Origin: Harriotta raleighana
Taxonomy: Eukaryota
Assembly: GCA_050575255.1 (NCBI GenBank)
Contig: JBNZDD010013732.1
Coordinates: 8,338,990 to 8,402,989 of the forward strand
Length of the DNA stretch: 64,000 nt
Direction of reading: 5' to 3'
The translations under genes were made by a program, and so were the position numbers. This document shows positions 62,871 to 64,000 of this stretch, one piece after another. The number at the start of each line of letters is the position of its first letter. Position 1 is the stretch's first letter. The notes beneath the pieces are model-generated. The model ran no database searches and was not told the DNA's origin. It was given only the letters and a program-made list of their open reading frames with translations.

Positions 62871-64000
62871 CAACTGATCCCTTTTTTGATCTTCAATATT
62901 TCAATACAATCTGCCCTGTGCATCTTCTTCAGTGTCATATAGTATACTGTACATTTTCCTGTGTTTTGTTACACACAATCCCAGATGTATGGAACCATGT
63001 TTTCGGGTGTTATTCACCACTATGGACTGACACTGATCAAATTGCAAGCACGCACCATTGAATTGAAGGCAATACTTCAGTCTTGTATGTTTTTCTCTGT
63101 CAGTTCTTGCATTTAATTTGCGGTTGCCTGTCTATGGCACTGTCTGCAGAACATTGAGTGAATTGTGACATTACATGACCTTCATGACCACAGTGTAAGC
63201 AGACAGTGCAAATTAACAGAGTCACGAATAAATCACAATGTAATTTAGACATTTTCGTTTTAAAAAAAGTGGACATTCTGTCTGACTTTTTAAAGTACTT
63301 AAGTATTTTGTGTTTTTCTGGCCAGCAAATAGTACTAGTAACCTACCTGATGGCATCAACACTTCCCTGTGATTTCTAGTCCCATATCTCTGGCACTACA
63401 AATGCTATAAAGATGCAATGATTACATAGAATATACATTCTATCATAAACATATATAATTGGTCAAAATATGGCACCCCGTCTTCAGTCTCAATTTTCAA
63501 TCTCCTTGCCCAAGTGGGTTCTATTGACATAATTAATGGTACAGATATGATGAAAATGCCAATTTGAGATGGTGTCTGTTACACTGTGACATAAGTCAGC
63601 AGCCCAGAGTTGAACTATATTTTTCTGGCTCTGCGTTCTACATAAGGGAAGTGGAGATCTGTACACGAGCATCGAAACATCTGTACAGAACTGGTCAATG
63701 TTTGATTTTCTAATTATAACTTTACAATAAAATTTGTACAACTTATGCAGTAGAAGTTTCTCTCCACTCATCTGCTTAAAACATGTGTTTGCCCCCAAAT
63801 CTAGAGAAGTGCCCTTTCCTATTGCTTTGGATTTGATCTCAATGCTATAATGTTTTACTCATTTTTATGGCCTCAAGCCACATCAAAATGTTTCCTTTGA
63901 CAATTATCTTCTTTTGGGTCATTGTGTTAGATCTATGCCATTCTTTTCAGAGAGGGAGAGAGAGAGGGGGAGAGAAAGAGATGATATCTAAATTAACTCA

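Larger units (their letters stand above)
46005..64000 (-). other. WNT7B: WNT7B intron 2, probably extending beyond the window
   Basis: I could not find the expected exon 2 peptide (CNKIPGL...GRWNC) on the minus strand by eye or in the ORF track. Confidence 0.7.

Overview
Eukaryotic (vertebrate) genomic DNA, most likely from a cartilaginous fish and possibly a holocephalan. The taxon is inferred from repeat families recognised from memory, not from a search. The window holds the 3' ends of two convergent genes. On + is the last coding exon of ATXN10 (6547-6731), whose acceptor looks like a minor-spliceosome (U12-type) site. On - are coding exons 3 and 4 of WNT7B (46004-45733 and 42966-42487). 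The two stop codons are about 36 kb apart, the same tail-to-tail ATXN10-WNT7B arrangement as in mammals. Upstream exons of both genes appear to lie outside the window. The rest is intronic or intergenic DNA dense in old transposon fragments: tRNA-headed SINEs of two body types, L2, CR1 and Tx1/L1 LINE pieces, two Gypsy LTR remnants, a Tigger/pogo-like MITE and Penelope-like short inserts. Several repeat-free, motif-dense blocks are candidate enhancers. Nearly all other ORFs in the track are spurious or transposon-derived. I found no demonstrably new biological system; the most interesting items are the U12 acceptor, an RFX motif cluster, hammerhead-remnant inserts, SINE modularity and nested or inverted elements.
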